This document shows, in pieces, positions 1 through 11,225 of a stretch of DNA of 61,021 nt. Source of the stretch: an uncultured delta proteobacterium. Lineage in GTDB: Bacteria > Desulfobacterota > WTBG01 > CAIYCZ01. The notes beneath the pieces were generated by a model. That model did no database searches. It worked only from the letters and a program-made list of their open reading frames with translations, and was not told the origin of the DNA. Location: contig CAWDOY010000037.1 in assembly GCA_963803975.1 (NCBI GenBank), forward strand, positions 1 to 61,021, read 5' to 3'. Position 1 is the first letter of the stretch; every line of letters starts with the position of its first letter. A program made the position numbers and the translations under genes.

Positions 1-5
1 CTGCA

Positions 6-981
6 GTGCTTATTCTGTTCGGCACGTTTCTGCTGTCGCGCTATCTGGTAAAACCGGTGGATAAAATCATCAAACTGGCCGATACTATTGGTCGGGGAGA
101 ACTTAATGCCTCTCTGTATCTCGCCGAGAGAAATGAACTCGGCAAGCTTTCAGCCGCTCTCAGCAGAATGGCTGAAAGTCTGCAGGAGGAAAAGCGCAAG
201 GTTCAGGAGCATATACACGCGCTTGAAGACACAAACCGGGAACTGCAGCGGGCGCAGCAGGAGATCATCCAATCGGAAAAGCTCGCCTCTGTCGGCCGGC
301 TGGCCGCGGGGATAGCGCACGAAATCGGAAATCCCATCGGGATTATTCTGGGCTACCTGCATCTGCTGCATAAACCAGCAGGTATCCGAGGAGGAAAAAG
401 CCGATTACCTGAAAAGAATGAACGCCGAGACTGAACGCATTAATTCGATTATACGGGAACTCCTTGATTATGCCCAGCCCTCTGCCCTGCAGAATGAGGA
501 ACTGGATGCAAACCGCATCATCGAAGAAACCTGTGCGCTGGTATCCTATCAGAAGGGATTCGAGCGTAACACCGTCACCTTAAATCTTGACCGCAGCATA
601 CCCGGCCTCTATGCGGATGAAAAGCAGCTGCGGCAGATTATACTCAATCTCACGCTTAACGCGCTGGATGCCATGCCCGATGGAGGCGTTATCACCTATA
701 CGACCGCGTATAACCCGGAAACCGCGCATATCCTTTTTTCAATTACAGACACCGGCATGGGCATTCCCGCGGATCTGCAGCAGAAGATTTTTGATCCTTT
801 TTTTACTACCAAGGAGCCGGGCAAAGGAACCGGCCTCGGTCTGTCCAACGTGCAGCGTATGGTCGCCGCGATGGGCGGCAAAATAAGTGTTGCAAGTGTC
901 TCCGGGCAGGGAACCACCTTTACCATCCTGTTTCCGCTCACCCTGCCGGCGAACCACTATCACACGCGTGATGACTGCTGA
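6..981 (+). CDS. Sensor histidine kinase (HAMP-HisKA-HATPase), 5' end outside window, one frameshift near 375-420
   Basis: ORF 6..434 has HAMP and H-box [23 protein letters not shown] 418..981 has N/G1/F/G2 boxes ([31 protein letters not shown]). Confidence 0.9.
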
Positions 982-1032
982 ACCGGCACAGCGCACGCGC
1001 CCTTCACAACAACCCGGTGGCGAGGAATCGTA

Positions 1033-2409
1033 ATGCAGCGCAGGACCCTGCTGGTTATTGACGACGAAGAGAACATGCGCCATGTGCTTGCGTCAATGCT
1101 GCGCAAAGAAGGCTACGATGTATCGCTGGCAGCAGACGGTGTTGACGGCCTGCAGCGAATCGCTGAGCAGCGCTTTGATTTCATCCTCTGTGATATTAAA
1201 ATGCCCCGCATGGACGGCCTTGAATTTCTTAAAAATCTTCAGGGCACCCGTAACCCGGCCATCATTATCACCATGTCCGCCTACGGTACCCTGGATCTCG
1301 CCATTGAAACTATGCAGCTGGGCGCCTATGATTATATTTCCAAACCGTTCAAGCCCGCAGAAATTATTTTAACACTGAAAAAAGCCGAAGAGCGGGAACG
1401 GCTGCAAAGGGAAAATGTGCTGCTGCGAGAAGAAGTGCAGCGCAAATACAACTTCCAGAACCTGATCGGTAAAAGCGCGCACATGATGCATGTGTGCGAG
1501 ATGATTAAGAAAATTGCGCAGCATAAGAGCCCGGTGCTCATAACAGGGGAAAGCGGAACCGGTAAGGAGCTGGTTGCCAAGGCTATCCATTACAACGGAA
1601 CACGCAGCCCCCGGCCATTTCTGGCCGTCAACTGCGGCGCCATACCGGAGAATCTTCTTGAAAGCGAGCTGTTTGGCCACAAGAAAGGCGCGTTCACCGG
1701 GGCGATATACGACCGTCGCGGGATATTTGAAGAAGCTGACGGGGGGACCATCCTGCTTGATGAAATCGGAGAACTCCCGCACCCCCTGCAGGTCAAGCTG
1801 CTGCGGGTTCTCCAGGAGAAGGAAATCAGGCGGGTCGGTGAAGACTGCTGCGTTTCGATTGACGTGAGGATTATTGCGGCCACCGCAAAAGATCTCGCGC
1901 AGGAAGCGCAAAATGGATCGTTCCGGGAGGACCTCTTTTACCGCTTAAATGTCCTGCCTGTCCACATCCCCCCGCTGCGTGAACGCAAGGAGGATATCCC
2001 GCTGCTGGTCGACTATTTCCTGCAGAAGTATAACCGGCAGGGGGTCGTATCCGTCCAGGGCTTAACACCGCTCGCGTTAAAACTGCTGATGAACTACCAC
2101 TGGCCGGGCAATGTCCGGGAAATGGAGAACATTATCGAACGTACCATGGTCATGATTGATACCACGACCATAGACGTGCACGACCTGCCGGATTATATCC
2201 GGAATGTTTCAAACGAGGACTGCGCCACTGACAGCAGTATTGATGAATACTCCATAAAAAAGATGGAGCGGCGTCTGGAAGAAAAACTGATACGCAAGGC
2301 GCTGCAAAAGACCCACGGCAATAAAACCCGGGCAATAAAGCTGCTGGAAATCAGCTACCCTGCCCTGCTCAGCAAAATTGAAGAATACGGGATTGATCAC
2401 GAAAATTAA
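1033..2409 (+). CDS. Sigma-54-dependent response regulator (NtrC/AtoC/PilR family)
   Basis: REC domain, Walker A GESGTGKE, GAFTGA loop, C-terminal Fis HTH; intact ORF. Confidence 0.95.
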   Translation: MQRRTLLVIDDEENMRHVLASMLRKEGYDVSLAADGVDGLQRIAEQRFDFILCDIKMPRMDGLEFLKNLQGTRNPAIIITMSAYGTLDLAIETMQLGAYDYISKPFKPAEIILTLKKAEERERLQRENVLLREEVQRKYNFQNLIGKSAHMMHVCEMIKKIAQHKSPVLITGESGTGKELVAKAIHYNGTRSPRPFLAVNCGAIPENLLESELFGHKKGAFTGAIYDRRGIFEEADGGTILLDEIGELPHPLQVKLLRVLQEKEIRRVGEDCCVSIDVRIIAATAKDLAQEAQNGSFREDLFYRLNVLPVHIPPLRERKEDIPLLVDYFLQKYNRQGVVSVQGLTPLALKLLMNYHWPGNVREMENIIERTMVMIDTTTIDVHDLPDYIRNVSNEDCATDSSIDEYSIKKMERRLEEKLIRKALQKTHGNKTRAIKLLEISYPALLSKIEEYGIDHEN

Positions 2410-3481
2410 CCGCGCAAAAAGCAACAACGGCTTCCATGGACAAATTACCCCATACAAGAGAACAATACTGATCGTTGATGATGAGGTGCTGAATCTGCAG
2501 CTTCTCAGCGAACTGCTGACCGGTGAGGGCTATGCTGTTGTCTGTATCAGCAACAGTGAGGAGGCCGTCGCAACGGTCACGGCAGGTCAAGCCTGACGTT
2601 ATTCTCCTTGACGTGATGATGCCGAAGATTAACGGCTATCAGGTATGCACATTAATCCGCGCAGACACTGACCATCCCCTACATCCCGATCATTTTCCTG
2701 ACGGCAACGGAGATCAACCATCAGAATATAATTTGCGGGCTCGATATCGGGGGCGACGACTATCTTGCCAAGCCGTTTCACCATTTTGAGCTGCTTTCCC
2801 GGATCAGAGCCAACATCCGCATCAAGGACCTTTACGACGAGTTAACGGATGCTAAAACAGAACTTTCCCGCTATGTGTCGCGCGCCACATCCCTGCTGGT
2901 TGAAAAAGCGGTTACCGGCGAGATCATAACGCCGGTTGAACGAGTTGAAGTGACCACGCTGTTTTCCGACATGCGGGGGTTTACCGCCATTGCCGAACAG
3001 ATGGATTGCGCGGAAGTGTTTGAGAAGCTTAATTACTCGCTGTCCACCCAGATTAAAGTTATCGAGGAGCATCACGGCATCATAGATAAACTGAGCGGGG
3101 ATGAGATAATGACGGTATTTCATGGAGAGCGGCGGGCGGAAAATGCCGTAGCCTGCGCTCAGGCCATTATCGAGTGCTCTGGCGGGCAGAAATTCGCATC
3201 AGGGCAATGACTGGATCGGAGTCGGCATCGGCATTCATTCAGGACGCGCGTATATGGGAAGCCTCGGCTCGGAAACGCGCAAACACCATACTGTTGTGGG
3301 CAATACGGTCAACGTTGCAGCCCGGCTCTGCGGCTGCGCGAAGAAGTTCCAGATTCTCTTCAGTGCTGAAACCGAGAAGCTGATCAGGGGAAAAGGTTTT
3401 AACTACCAATCGGTGGGAAATCTTACCTTAAAGGGGCTCCGGGCACCGATTGAAGCATTCGAGCTGTGTTTGAAAAAGTAA
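2378..3481 (+). CDS. Response regulator receiver fused to class III adenylate/guanylate cyclase (about 3 frameshifts)
   Basis: Fragments ILIVDDE, PDVILLDVMMP, TLFSDMRGFT, DKLSGDEIM, TVVGNTVNVAARL, LKG across ORFs 2378..2596, 2523..2789, 2875..3210, 3254..3481. Confidence 0.85.
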
Positions 3482-3612
3482 TAATGGGCTATATGAGGTG
3501 AGGGATAAAGCATGCTGATTTTTAAAATGACTACAGGCCGGGGAAACAATATTTCTTTTAATTTTTCAATTTAGTGCCGATAGATAATCAACCCTCTTTT
3601 ACAACCCCCTGA

Positions 3613-3652
3613 AGAAAGGCTCGGAGCAGTGGCTGGCATCCGGGCCTTTTCT
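3613..3652. terminator. Putative bidirectional intrinsic terminator
   Basis: AAAGGCTCGGA...TCCGGGCCTTTT hairpin between the convergent cyclase and queF genes. Confidence 0.6.
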
Positions 3653-3692
3653 CATTTATAACCACATTATCAGAAGAAGAGTTACAATGTGA

Positions 3693-4126
3693 TCATGTTC
3701 TTCGCGAAGAGCGTGTAGTCGCCTGCTTTCTGCGCTTCGCACCGCTATACCGGACGCTTACCCTGGTGGTAATGCCCCCGCGCGGCTGCCACTGGCTCAC
3801 GACCGTCCATCCAGCGGGGAGAGCACGCCGAGACTAAATCATCAAGCATCCGGTTGGTGAGCGCTTCATAAAATATGCCCTGATTGCGGTACTGCTGCAG
3901 GTAGAACTTGAGGCTTTTAAGTTCCACGCAGAGTTTGCTTGGCGCATAGGTAATGGACATTCCGCCAAAATCAGGCTGCCCGGTCTTGGGACACACGGAG
4001 GTAAACTCCGGGCACTGAATCTCAATTTCGTATTCCCGCTTCTGGATCAGGGTTGGGAAATACTTCCAGGATCGGAACTGATGCAGGCAGTATCTGCGGT
4101 TTCTATGTTTCCCGCCTTTTACTCAT
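3693..4126 (-). CDS. queF: NADPH-dependent 7-cyano-7-deazaguanine reductase QueF (frameshifted; start approximate)
   Basis: PEFTSVCPKTGQPDFG, VELKSLKFYL, and PRGGITT in another frame. Confidence 0.9.
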
Positions 4127-4177
4127 AGGTGTATCTTTCATCGGAATTCTGTCTGCCGTGATCTGTCTTGTGTCCTC

Positions 4178-4786
4178 TTACCCCGTCACCGAAACAATCT
4201 CATAGTGCCTTTTCTTAACAGCCGCGGCAATGGGATCAATATCGCACTTTTCAAGCCGATAGAAATAGACCCTTTTTCCGCTTTTATCAGCATGCGTTGT
4301 TGTGCCGACGCTGATAATATTCCCGCCGTTTTCTTTTATAATGCGCGAGACCTCTTCAAATGCTTCAGCCTTGTCCCCCAGCACTACGTCAATACGCGAG
4401 CTTGATTCCAGGACGCCCATGATCTCAATAAAAGCGGCAAGAATATCCTTTGAAGTAATGACGCCCACCAGCTTTCCATGTTCCAGAACCGGCAGCCCGC
4501 CTATTTTACGGTCAAAGATGAGCCGTGCTGCATCTTCAAGGCTTTCTTCCGGACCTATGGTAACGGGGTCCTTGATCATGACGTCCCTGACCTTGATTTC
4601 TTCAGACATGGGCAGAAGCCGGACTTCACGCAGGTCAAATTCAGAAACAAAACCAACAAACTTATGCCCATCTATCACCGGCAGATGACGTATCGAGTTT
4701 TTCTTCATTAAATTAAGCGCATCAATGACCGTTTTTTCCGGCTGTATGGTGATCAGCTTGTGCACCATCCTTCGTCTGACTTTCAT
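4178..4786 (-). CDS. CBS-pair + ACT domain protein (AcuB family)
   Basis: IRHLPV, KIGGLPV, LVGVIT CBS motifs; C-terminal ACT-like GGNIISV. Confidence 0.85.
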   Translation of the reverse strand: MKVRRRMVHKLITIQPEKTVIDALNLMKKNSIRHLPVIDGHKFVGFVSEFDLREVRLLPMSEEIKVRDVMIKDPVTIGPEESLEDAARLIFDRKIGGLPVLEHGKLVGVITSKDILAAFIEIMGVLESSSRIDVVLGDKAEAFEEVSRIIKENGGNIISVGTTTHADKSGKRVYFYRLEKCDIDPIAAAVKKRHYEIVSVTG

Positions 4787-4800
4787 AGTTCACCTCATGT

Positions 4801-4832
4801 CAAAGGGTTCAAGGATACAAGGCTGCAGGATC
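4801..4832. repeat. Octamer-periodic intergenic repeat (reverse-complement relative of 40293-40331)
   Basis: AAGGGTTC AAGGATAC AAGGCTGC AGG vs CCTTGAAC CCTTGAAT at 40301. Confidence 0.55.
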
Positions 4833-4882
4833 ATAAACACCTTGTATATTCTTTTTAAACCGGTGTCAACACCTTCCCTGAA

Positions 4883-5417
4883 CTATTCCTCAGGAACAGC
4901 CGGTCGGTAGCGCCTGGTAGTCTGCACCACCGGTACCGGAGTAGGCGCAATAATTTCAACGGGCATGGTGACTGAATCAACCATTCTGATATCGAGCACA
5001 TCAGGTGAAGCGAGATTAACCGGGAGGACATCCGGTTGCACAATGTTTACCGCGAGCGTCTCAGGCTTTTCAATGCTTACCGGCAGAGTTTGCAGATTTT
5101 TCGATTGCAACCGGCAGCGTCACCGAATCTTCCACCTTGACGTTTAGGGTTCGGGCCTTTGCAATATTTACCCTCAGGGGCAGCGCCAGCTCAGGAGGCT
5201 GACCATTGATCAATGCAATATTAACATCCTGAATCTGTTTCAGCGGTTCCTTTGCTTCCTGCTGTTTTGTATCCTGCCTTTGCTGTTTTGATTCTGCCTC
5301 TGCCGGCAGGATGGTAAAAAACGGCTTAAAGAGGATTCCCAGCAAACAGAGAGCAATAATAGTTAATAGAGCCCGGGTATACAGATCAACCTGCAATAGA
5401 ATAACTTTTTTCTGCAT
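4883..5417 (-). CDS. Membrane-anchored hypothetical protein with 10-aa repeats (one frameshift near 5095)
   Basis: ORFs 5070..5417 and 4883..5110; N-terminal TM; repeats such as SVTLPVAIEK, PETLAVNIVQ, PDVLPVNLAS; GGAGG RBS. Confidence 0.7.
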
Positions 5418-5446
5418 AGTACCTCCCCCATCAATAGTAATGTTGA

Positions 5447-6028
5447 TTAAAGAAAAACTCTCTTTCTTGTAGCATGCGCCTCTATAATAGTACGGGCCTG
5501 CGCAATGCGCGTTAGCCTCATATTCTTTTCTGCCATCGTATCATACCGCGCTTCTCTTTCTTCGCTCATCTCCCGCTGTGCAATCACATTGCGTTCTTTG
5601 ATGATACGCAGGTCCTCAGGTGGTATAGCGCTTCAAAAACGCTGCGGGACAAGCCCAAACCCTTCAGCAATATCCCGGGACAGCCGCCAGTGTTATGCTG
5701 TAATATACCTTTTGCAGCGTTCCGGTGCGGCTTTAATATTTCTGTAAAGCTTTCCTATCGCCCTGTCGATAGTGAGCTATGTAAATCAAAGCGGAAGGAA
5801 TAAAACACCATGGCAACATATAATCTCGAAGACCCGGGCTTCTCGTTAGTACCTTTTTTTCAGAACCGCAGAGATGCGATGGGATTTCTCCTCAGGGTAA
5901 ATGCCAATAACAATATTATCTTAAATGTTATCATTCAGAAAGAAGATTATGCGAGCCCGGATTTGCTCATGGACATGATCTCTGTTGCTGTTGACTCTCT
6001 TGTCCAGAACAGAGCCGTTTGTCTGCAA
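5447..6028 (-). CDS. Possible multiply frameshifted hypothetical protein
   Basis: GGAGG RBS + TTG at 6028; coding-like pieces ending PEDLRIIKERNVIAQREMSEE...RKRVFL*; same strand as both neighbours. Confidence 0.3.
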
Positions 6029-6061
6029 ATGACCTCCTCTCGTGCACATTCACGCCCCTCA

Positions 6062-6559
6062 CTATAGCTCACACAGGATCACCTCGTCAGTCCCCTTTCT
6101 CTCAGAAATCAAATCTTTTTCAGCAGGATAGCCCAGCGCTATAAGAGCCATGAATTCCACATTCCGGGGTGCTTTTACTAGTTCCTGCACTTTGGCGCCA
6201 TTTTTTAATATTTCTCCGAGCCAGACAGCCCCCAGACCCAGAGCATGTATCTGCAGCAGCATATTCTGGATGCAGGCACCGATGGCCTGAATATCCTTGG
6301 TGCGATCATAGCTGAGGTCAATGTCAAGGAATACCGCAATGCAGACCGGGGCATCGCGTATAATCCTCCCGTATTTTGTAAGCCCGGCTAGCAAATCTTT
6401 AATTTTCTGGCTTTTAATAATAGCAAATTTCCACGGCTGGTTATTGAGGCCTGACGGAGCCCAGGTACCAGCTTCGATAATGTCTCGCAGCACAGGGCTT
6501 GGGACGTCCTGCTTTTCAAAACAGCGAATACTTCTGCGGCTTTTTATACTATCAAGCAT
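6062..6559 (-). CDS. Nitroreductase family protein
   Basis: SRRSIR, APSGLNNQPWKF, QNMLL...LGLGAVW, LGYPA. Confidence 0.92.
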   Translation of the reverse strand: MLDSIKSRRSIRCFEKQDVPSPVLRDIIEAGTWAPSGLNNQPWKFAIIKSQKIKDLLAGLTKYGRIIRDAPVCIAVFLDIDLSYDRTKDIQAIGACIQNMLLQIHALGLGAVWLGEILKNGAKVQELVKAPRNVEFMALIALGYPAEKDLISERKGTDEVILCEL

Positions 6560-6577
6560 GAGTATAACATTTTTCCC

Positions 6578-8167
6578 TTATTTTTTTAAAAGAACCATTC
6601 CCGGACGCTCATCGGTAATCTGACCATCTTGCACAACCCATCTGCCATTCACCATTACCCGGTATATTCCTTCCGGAAACTGGTGAGGATTTGCATAGGT
6701 GGCCCTGTCTCTCAGCTCTTCTGTTTTCAAAATAACCAGGTCTGCCTTATATCCTTGCTTGATCAGCCCCCGGTCCTGCAAGCCAAGTTTTGCCGCTGGC
6801 TGCCCGGTCATTTTCCTTACCGCCTGTTCCAGTTTCAAGACCGTATCATCAAGAGCATATCTTCTCAACACCCGCGGAAATGCTCCGAAGCTCCGCGGGT
6901 GCGGCTTTCCCTCACCAAGCACGCCTTCAGTGTCCCAGGCAGCACTGTCACTGCCAACCATGACATAGTCCTTGTTGATAGATCGTGCGTAAATTTTCTT
7001 CACTCATAGTAAAAAAGATTGCGTCGACCCGCACCTTTTCATCAAGGAGAAGGTTAAAAAACATTTCTTGTATGTTCTGCTTCCGCAGACCGGCAGCCTC
7101 CGCCACTGTTTTTCCTTCCAGCTCCTTGTTGTGCTCATTGAACACTCTGGATATGAGCACGCGATCAAATATTTCTTCTGGCTTTCGGCTGTTGGTGATA
7201 GATGCGAATATCTTTTCCTGCAGCTCTTTATTGCGCAGGCGCTCAAGCTCTGCTTCTATGCCGCCCTCGCATGCCCATGCGGGGAGCAGCGCATCAAGGT
7301 CAGTGGCTGCCGCAGTATAGGGATACCGGTCAGCAGATATATCGAGCCCCTCGTTAATAGCCCCCTCTATGGCGTTCAAATATAGCAGGAAGCTTGCTCC
7401 AGTTTTTCTCCCCCATCGTCTTCAGATGGGAAATCTGCACGGAAATGCCCGCCTCCCGGCCGATCTTAAGTGCCTCTGCCACTGCCTCTACAACGCTGTC
7501 TTCCTCGCTTCGAATATGGGATGCATATATTCCGCCGTATTGTGCGGCAATGCGCGCCAGCACTATCAGCTCTTCATCCGCAGCATATGCACCGGGTGGA
7601 TAAAACAGCCCGCTGGACAGCCCCCAGGCGCCGCGCCTCCATCCCCTCCCGCAGAAGACTCGACATGCTGATCCATCTCTTTGCTGAGAAGGTCTGCGGT
7701 TCTCATATCCGATAACTGAACCCCTGAGGTTGCCATGCCCAATGAGAGGCACAATATTACAAAAAAGCGGCTGCCGCTGCAGTAGCTCTACATATTCCTG
7801 CAAGAGTTGACCACGTCAAGAGAAAGGCCAATCCCGGTTAAACTTTTTTGGCGCTGTTCTTTAGCCCTGCCCAGAAGTGGTGCGCCTGACAGCCCGCAGT
7901 TGCCGCAGACCTCGGTGGTCACCCCCTGCAGTATCTTGCTTCTGCCCGGTGGTTCAACCAGAAGGTTAAAATCCGAGTGGGAGTGAATATCAATAAAGCC
8001 GGGGCATACTACAAAATTCTGTGCTTCAATAAACTTCCTGCGCAGCAGTTCGCTCAATCTCGCCCAGGGCAGCAATCACGCCACTTGCTGATCCCGATAT
8101 CCTGAATGATACCGGGTGATCCCGAACCATCAAACACTAAGCCGCACTTAACGATACTATCAAACAT
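6578..8167 (-). CDS. N-acyl-D-amino-acid deacylase (amidohydrolase), several frameshifts
   Basis: Start MFDSIVKCGLVFDGSG at 8167; PGFIDIHSHSD, QGVTTEVCGNCG, SHIRSE, ISHLK, YPYTA, GSD, HPRSFGAFPR. Confidence 0.9.
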
Positions 8168-8351
8168 GGGCAACCTTCATTATATGTATATCTAAGAATT
8201 TCCTATTATAAGTTTAGACAAACCACAAGTAAATTATGCGCCTCATTATTTAGTTGAAAAAATAGTATCTCCACGGTAATCAATAGCAGAACAAATACGT
8301 GGCAGTTAGCACGTTGCACTTAAACGCTGAGCCGAGCCGTTCTCTGTCATT

Positions 8352-10357
8352 ATGGTAATAAGAAGACATCTTGCGATATCCCTGCTTTTTTCAGCCCTGT
8401 GCGGCTTTGTGTGCGGATGCATCAAACCCTCCTGGCCGCCACCATCGACCCTGAAGATAAATCAGGTTGAAACCGGCGCCCTGCGGGGAAAAACAATTGT
8501 TATTGATCCGGGGCACGGGGGACCTGAGCATGGGGCTCTGGGGCCGCAAGGATTGCAGGAAGCAGAAGTTAATCTGGGGGTGGCTCTTTATTTATGGGGG
8601 CTGCTGAAATACTCCGGAGCGAATGCTCTTCTTACCCGCAGTGCTGATACCAGTGTTGACACCAGTGCCGTGTTTTCGCTTGAGAAAGACCTGGATGCCC
8701 GTTCAGCCCTGGGTAACCGGAACAATGCTGACCTTTTTATCAGTATCCACCATAATGCCGATATAAAACGCCGGAATAGAAATGATATTCAGATCTACTA
8801 TAAAATGTCTGATACCGGCCCATCACGCGACATTGCAAAAAACATCCTTCAGGGACTAAGGAAGAAACTGAATGTCTCAGAGGGCAACATCTATACCGGG
8901 CAACTATCGCGTTCTTGAGGACTTCCACGGCTGCGGCAATCCTGGGGGAATCCTCATTTATTTCCAACAAACGTAATGAAGATAAGTTATCCTATCAACG
9001 CACCCTGCAGCTTGAGGCAGAGGGCTATTTTGACGGCATACTCTCCTACTATCAAAAGGGGGTTCCGGTGATAGCTGACCTGTATCCAGACAATATAACC
9101 CTCACCTGCACCCGGCCTGAAATAAAAGCCCGGATTATTTCCGGGGCCGGCAAGAATCCGGTTGATTCTGCGTCCATAGCATTAAAACTTGATGGCAAGC
9201 GCTACAGCTCTTTTTCCTTCAACCATGACAGCACCATTGCCTTTATACCTCCGGAACCCCTTGAAAACGGGCAGCATACCGTTTGCATCACTGTAAAAAA
9301 CAGGGCTGGGAATAATTCTCCGGAAACGTGTGCTTCATTCACGCTATCAGCCCCTCCCTCCTCCATTGAAATAAAACCCGTTTTCCCGGTCATTCCGCCG
9401 GACGGTGTTTCATCTACTGCAATAGATGTTTCAGTACGTGATTATCTGAAGCGGCCGGTCATTGATGGTACCCCGGTGACGCTGACAACAACCGGCGGCA
9501 GGCTTTCAGAGTCAGCCATGCTCACCAGGGGCGGACATGCGCGGGCCATTCTGACCTCGGGTACAGAGACCCGTGCGGTTATACTCAGTGCCACGGCAGG
9601 CACCATACGTACAAAAACCAGTATAAAATTTGCTATCCCGGAGGAGGCGCTTTTTCTGGCAACCATCAGGGGCTCTGCTGGTAATCCGCTCGCAGGGGTT
9701 GAACTCATCTCAAACGGGAAACAGATTGCTGTTTCTGATGAACGAGGGCTGGCTTTTGCCGGCACTATGTATTCCGGATCAGCCATCTACACCATTGCGA
9801 AAAAAGGATTTCTCCCCGTTACGCTTAAGACAGTTCTGAGCAAAGGCACGATGACAAGAGAAAATATCATTCTTAATCAAATAGATGGCGGGATATTGCT
9901 CAATAAAAAGATTATCATTGACCAGGCAGGTTTTACCAAAGAGTCCCTGCCCATCATAACTGAACTGAAAAAAAAGATCGAATATGCCGGCGGTACTGTT
10001 TTCTTAACCTGGGAAAATGAGCCCGCTCCATCACTCAAAGAAAGAATAGTAATCGCATCCAGGATCAAGGCTGACCTTTTTATGAGCATTGAAATTACAC
10101 GAAGAGAGCTTTCGTCCGGATATTATCATAAAAGTACTGTGGGAAAGCTATTCTCAGAGAATATGTGTCAGGAGTTTGAGAACAACAGAGAGGGGAAATG
10201 GAAGAAATGCACGCCCTTAATTTCAGAGCATTTTCTGGTCATACAAACTGCCATGCCTGCTGTTTGTATAAGGCTGCCGCAGAACGCTCTTCAAAAATCT
10301 TCTGCTGCAGTATCAAATATTTATCAAGCTCTTCTTAATACATTAAATAACAGGTAA
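8352..10357 (+). CDS. Lipoprotein N-acetylmuramoyl-L-alanine amidase with Ig-like domains and a degenerate second amidase domain (frameshift near 8900)
   Basis: Lipobox-like FVCGC; IVIDPGHGG, E..VNL, ADLFISIHHNA; continues in ORF 8915..10357 (AILGESSFISN). Confidence 0.88.
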
Positions 10358-10379
10358 CAGGCAGCTGTATCAGAGCAAA

Positions 10380-10910
10380 TCATACCTTCAGGTCAAGAGC
10401 AAACGGACAACGAATACTTGCCATTTTCTCTTTACCGTCAGTTTCGTCCAGATACCATGCACCAACCTTTAAAAAGTATCCATTGACGCTTCCTGAAACA
10501 GTGCCATCCTTATTATATTTCCACTGCTGTTTCTTGGCAGCCTCATTAATACTGATAATGGTATAAATATTTCCCGCGCTCATGTGTTCCAGATCGCCTG
10601 CACTCGGCTTGGTATCATACCTGAGATCACCCCAGGAAGGATGGGAATGAAAATCGCCAATCAACTCCATATGAGAAAAATTTGAAAGTGCCTTTTGCAT
10701 CCTTTTTTGTACTTTGTAACTGGGATAGACTTCTATGTTACTCCTGGTTGCGGTCTGATACGGGATGGCATGCTGCAGCAAGAAGCCTCCGGTCTCTTTT
10801 TTAATCCCCACCAGCAGTCCCATACACTCCCGGTGAAATGTTTCTACGGTGGCTAATATCATTCCTAAAAATGCATTCTCTGCTATATAGATTTCCATTT
10901 CTGATTCCAA
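10380..10910 (-). CDS. JAB/MPN+ (JAMM) metalloprotease domain protein
   Basis: RECMGLLVG and IGDFHSHP...PSAGD; probable ATG at 10898. Confidence 0.85.
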   Translation of the reverse strand: MESEMEIYIAENAFLGMILATVETFHRECMGLLVGIKKETGGFLLQHAIPYQTATRSNIEVYPSYKVQKRMQKALSNFSHMELIGDFHSHPSWGDLRYDTKPSAGDLEHMSAGNIYTIISINEAAKKQQWKYNKDGTVSGSVNGYFLKVGAWYLDETDGKEKMASIRCPFALDLKV

Positions 10911-11225
10911 GCAACAGAACTGATCTTAACAAGCTAAATTAATTTCAGTGAATGGTTTTCGATTGACTTACTATTCAGGTTTTTATATTCATATTTCCAT
11001 GTAACGTGCTGACGAAGAATATGGTAATGCGCAGTTTGCTATTCGCAGACCTGTTTCTCCAGCATCCTTATACTCAAATTTAACCAGTTTCAACGAAAAA
11101 ATCAACACCTCTTTTATTTATTATTTTGTTATAAATTATAATTATATTATTTAATTTAATTTAATATATTATTATAATATGTAATTATATACAATTTAAA
11201 TTTAATAATATTTTTATTTTAATTA

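Noticed and set aside
3693..4126. Programmed frameshifting or a preQ1 riboswitch at queF
   Set aside because: No slippery site or preQ1 aptamer recognised; indels are window-wide and better explained by sequencing error.
5810..6067. Plus-strand 85-aa ORF
   Set aside because: No recognisable motif; it lies antisense within a minus-strand gene run that has a better RBS (GGAGG + TTG 6028). Not fully excluded.
10380..10910. JAB gene as part of a CBASS or ubiquitin-like defence system
   Set aside because: No CD-NTase, E1/E2 or effector genes adjacent; the neighbours are housekeeping genes.
11100..11225. Extremely AT-rich tract as a replication origin unwinding element
   Set aside because: No TTATCCACA-type DnaA boxes or dnaA/dnaN/gidA context seen; similar AT-rich spacers occur at about 27620-27830, 28120-28280 and 44300-44520, so probably promoter regions.
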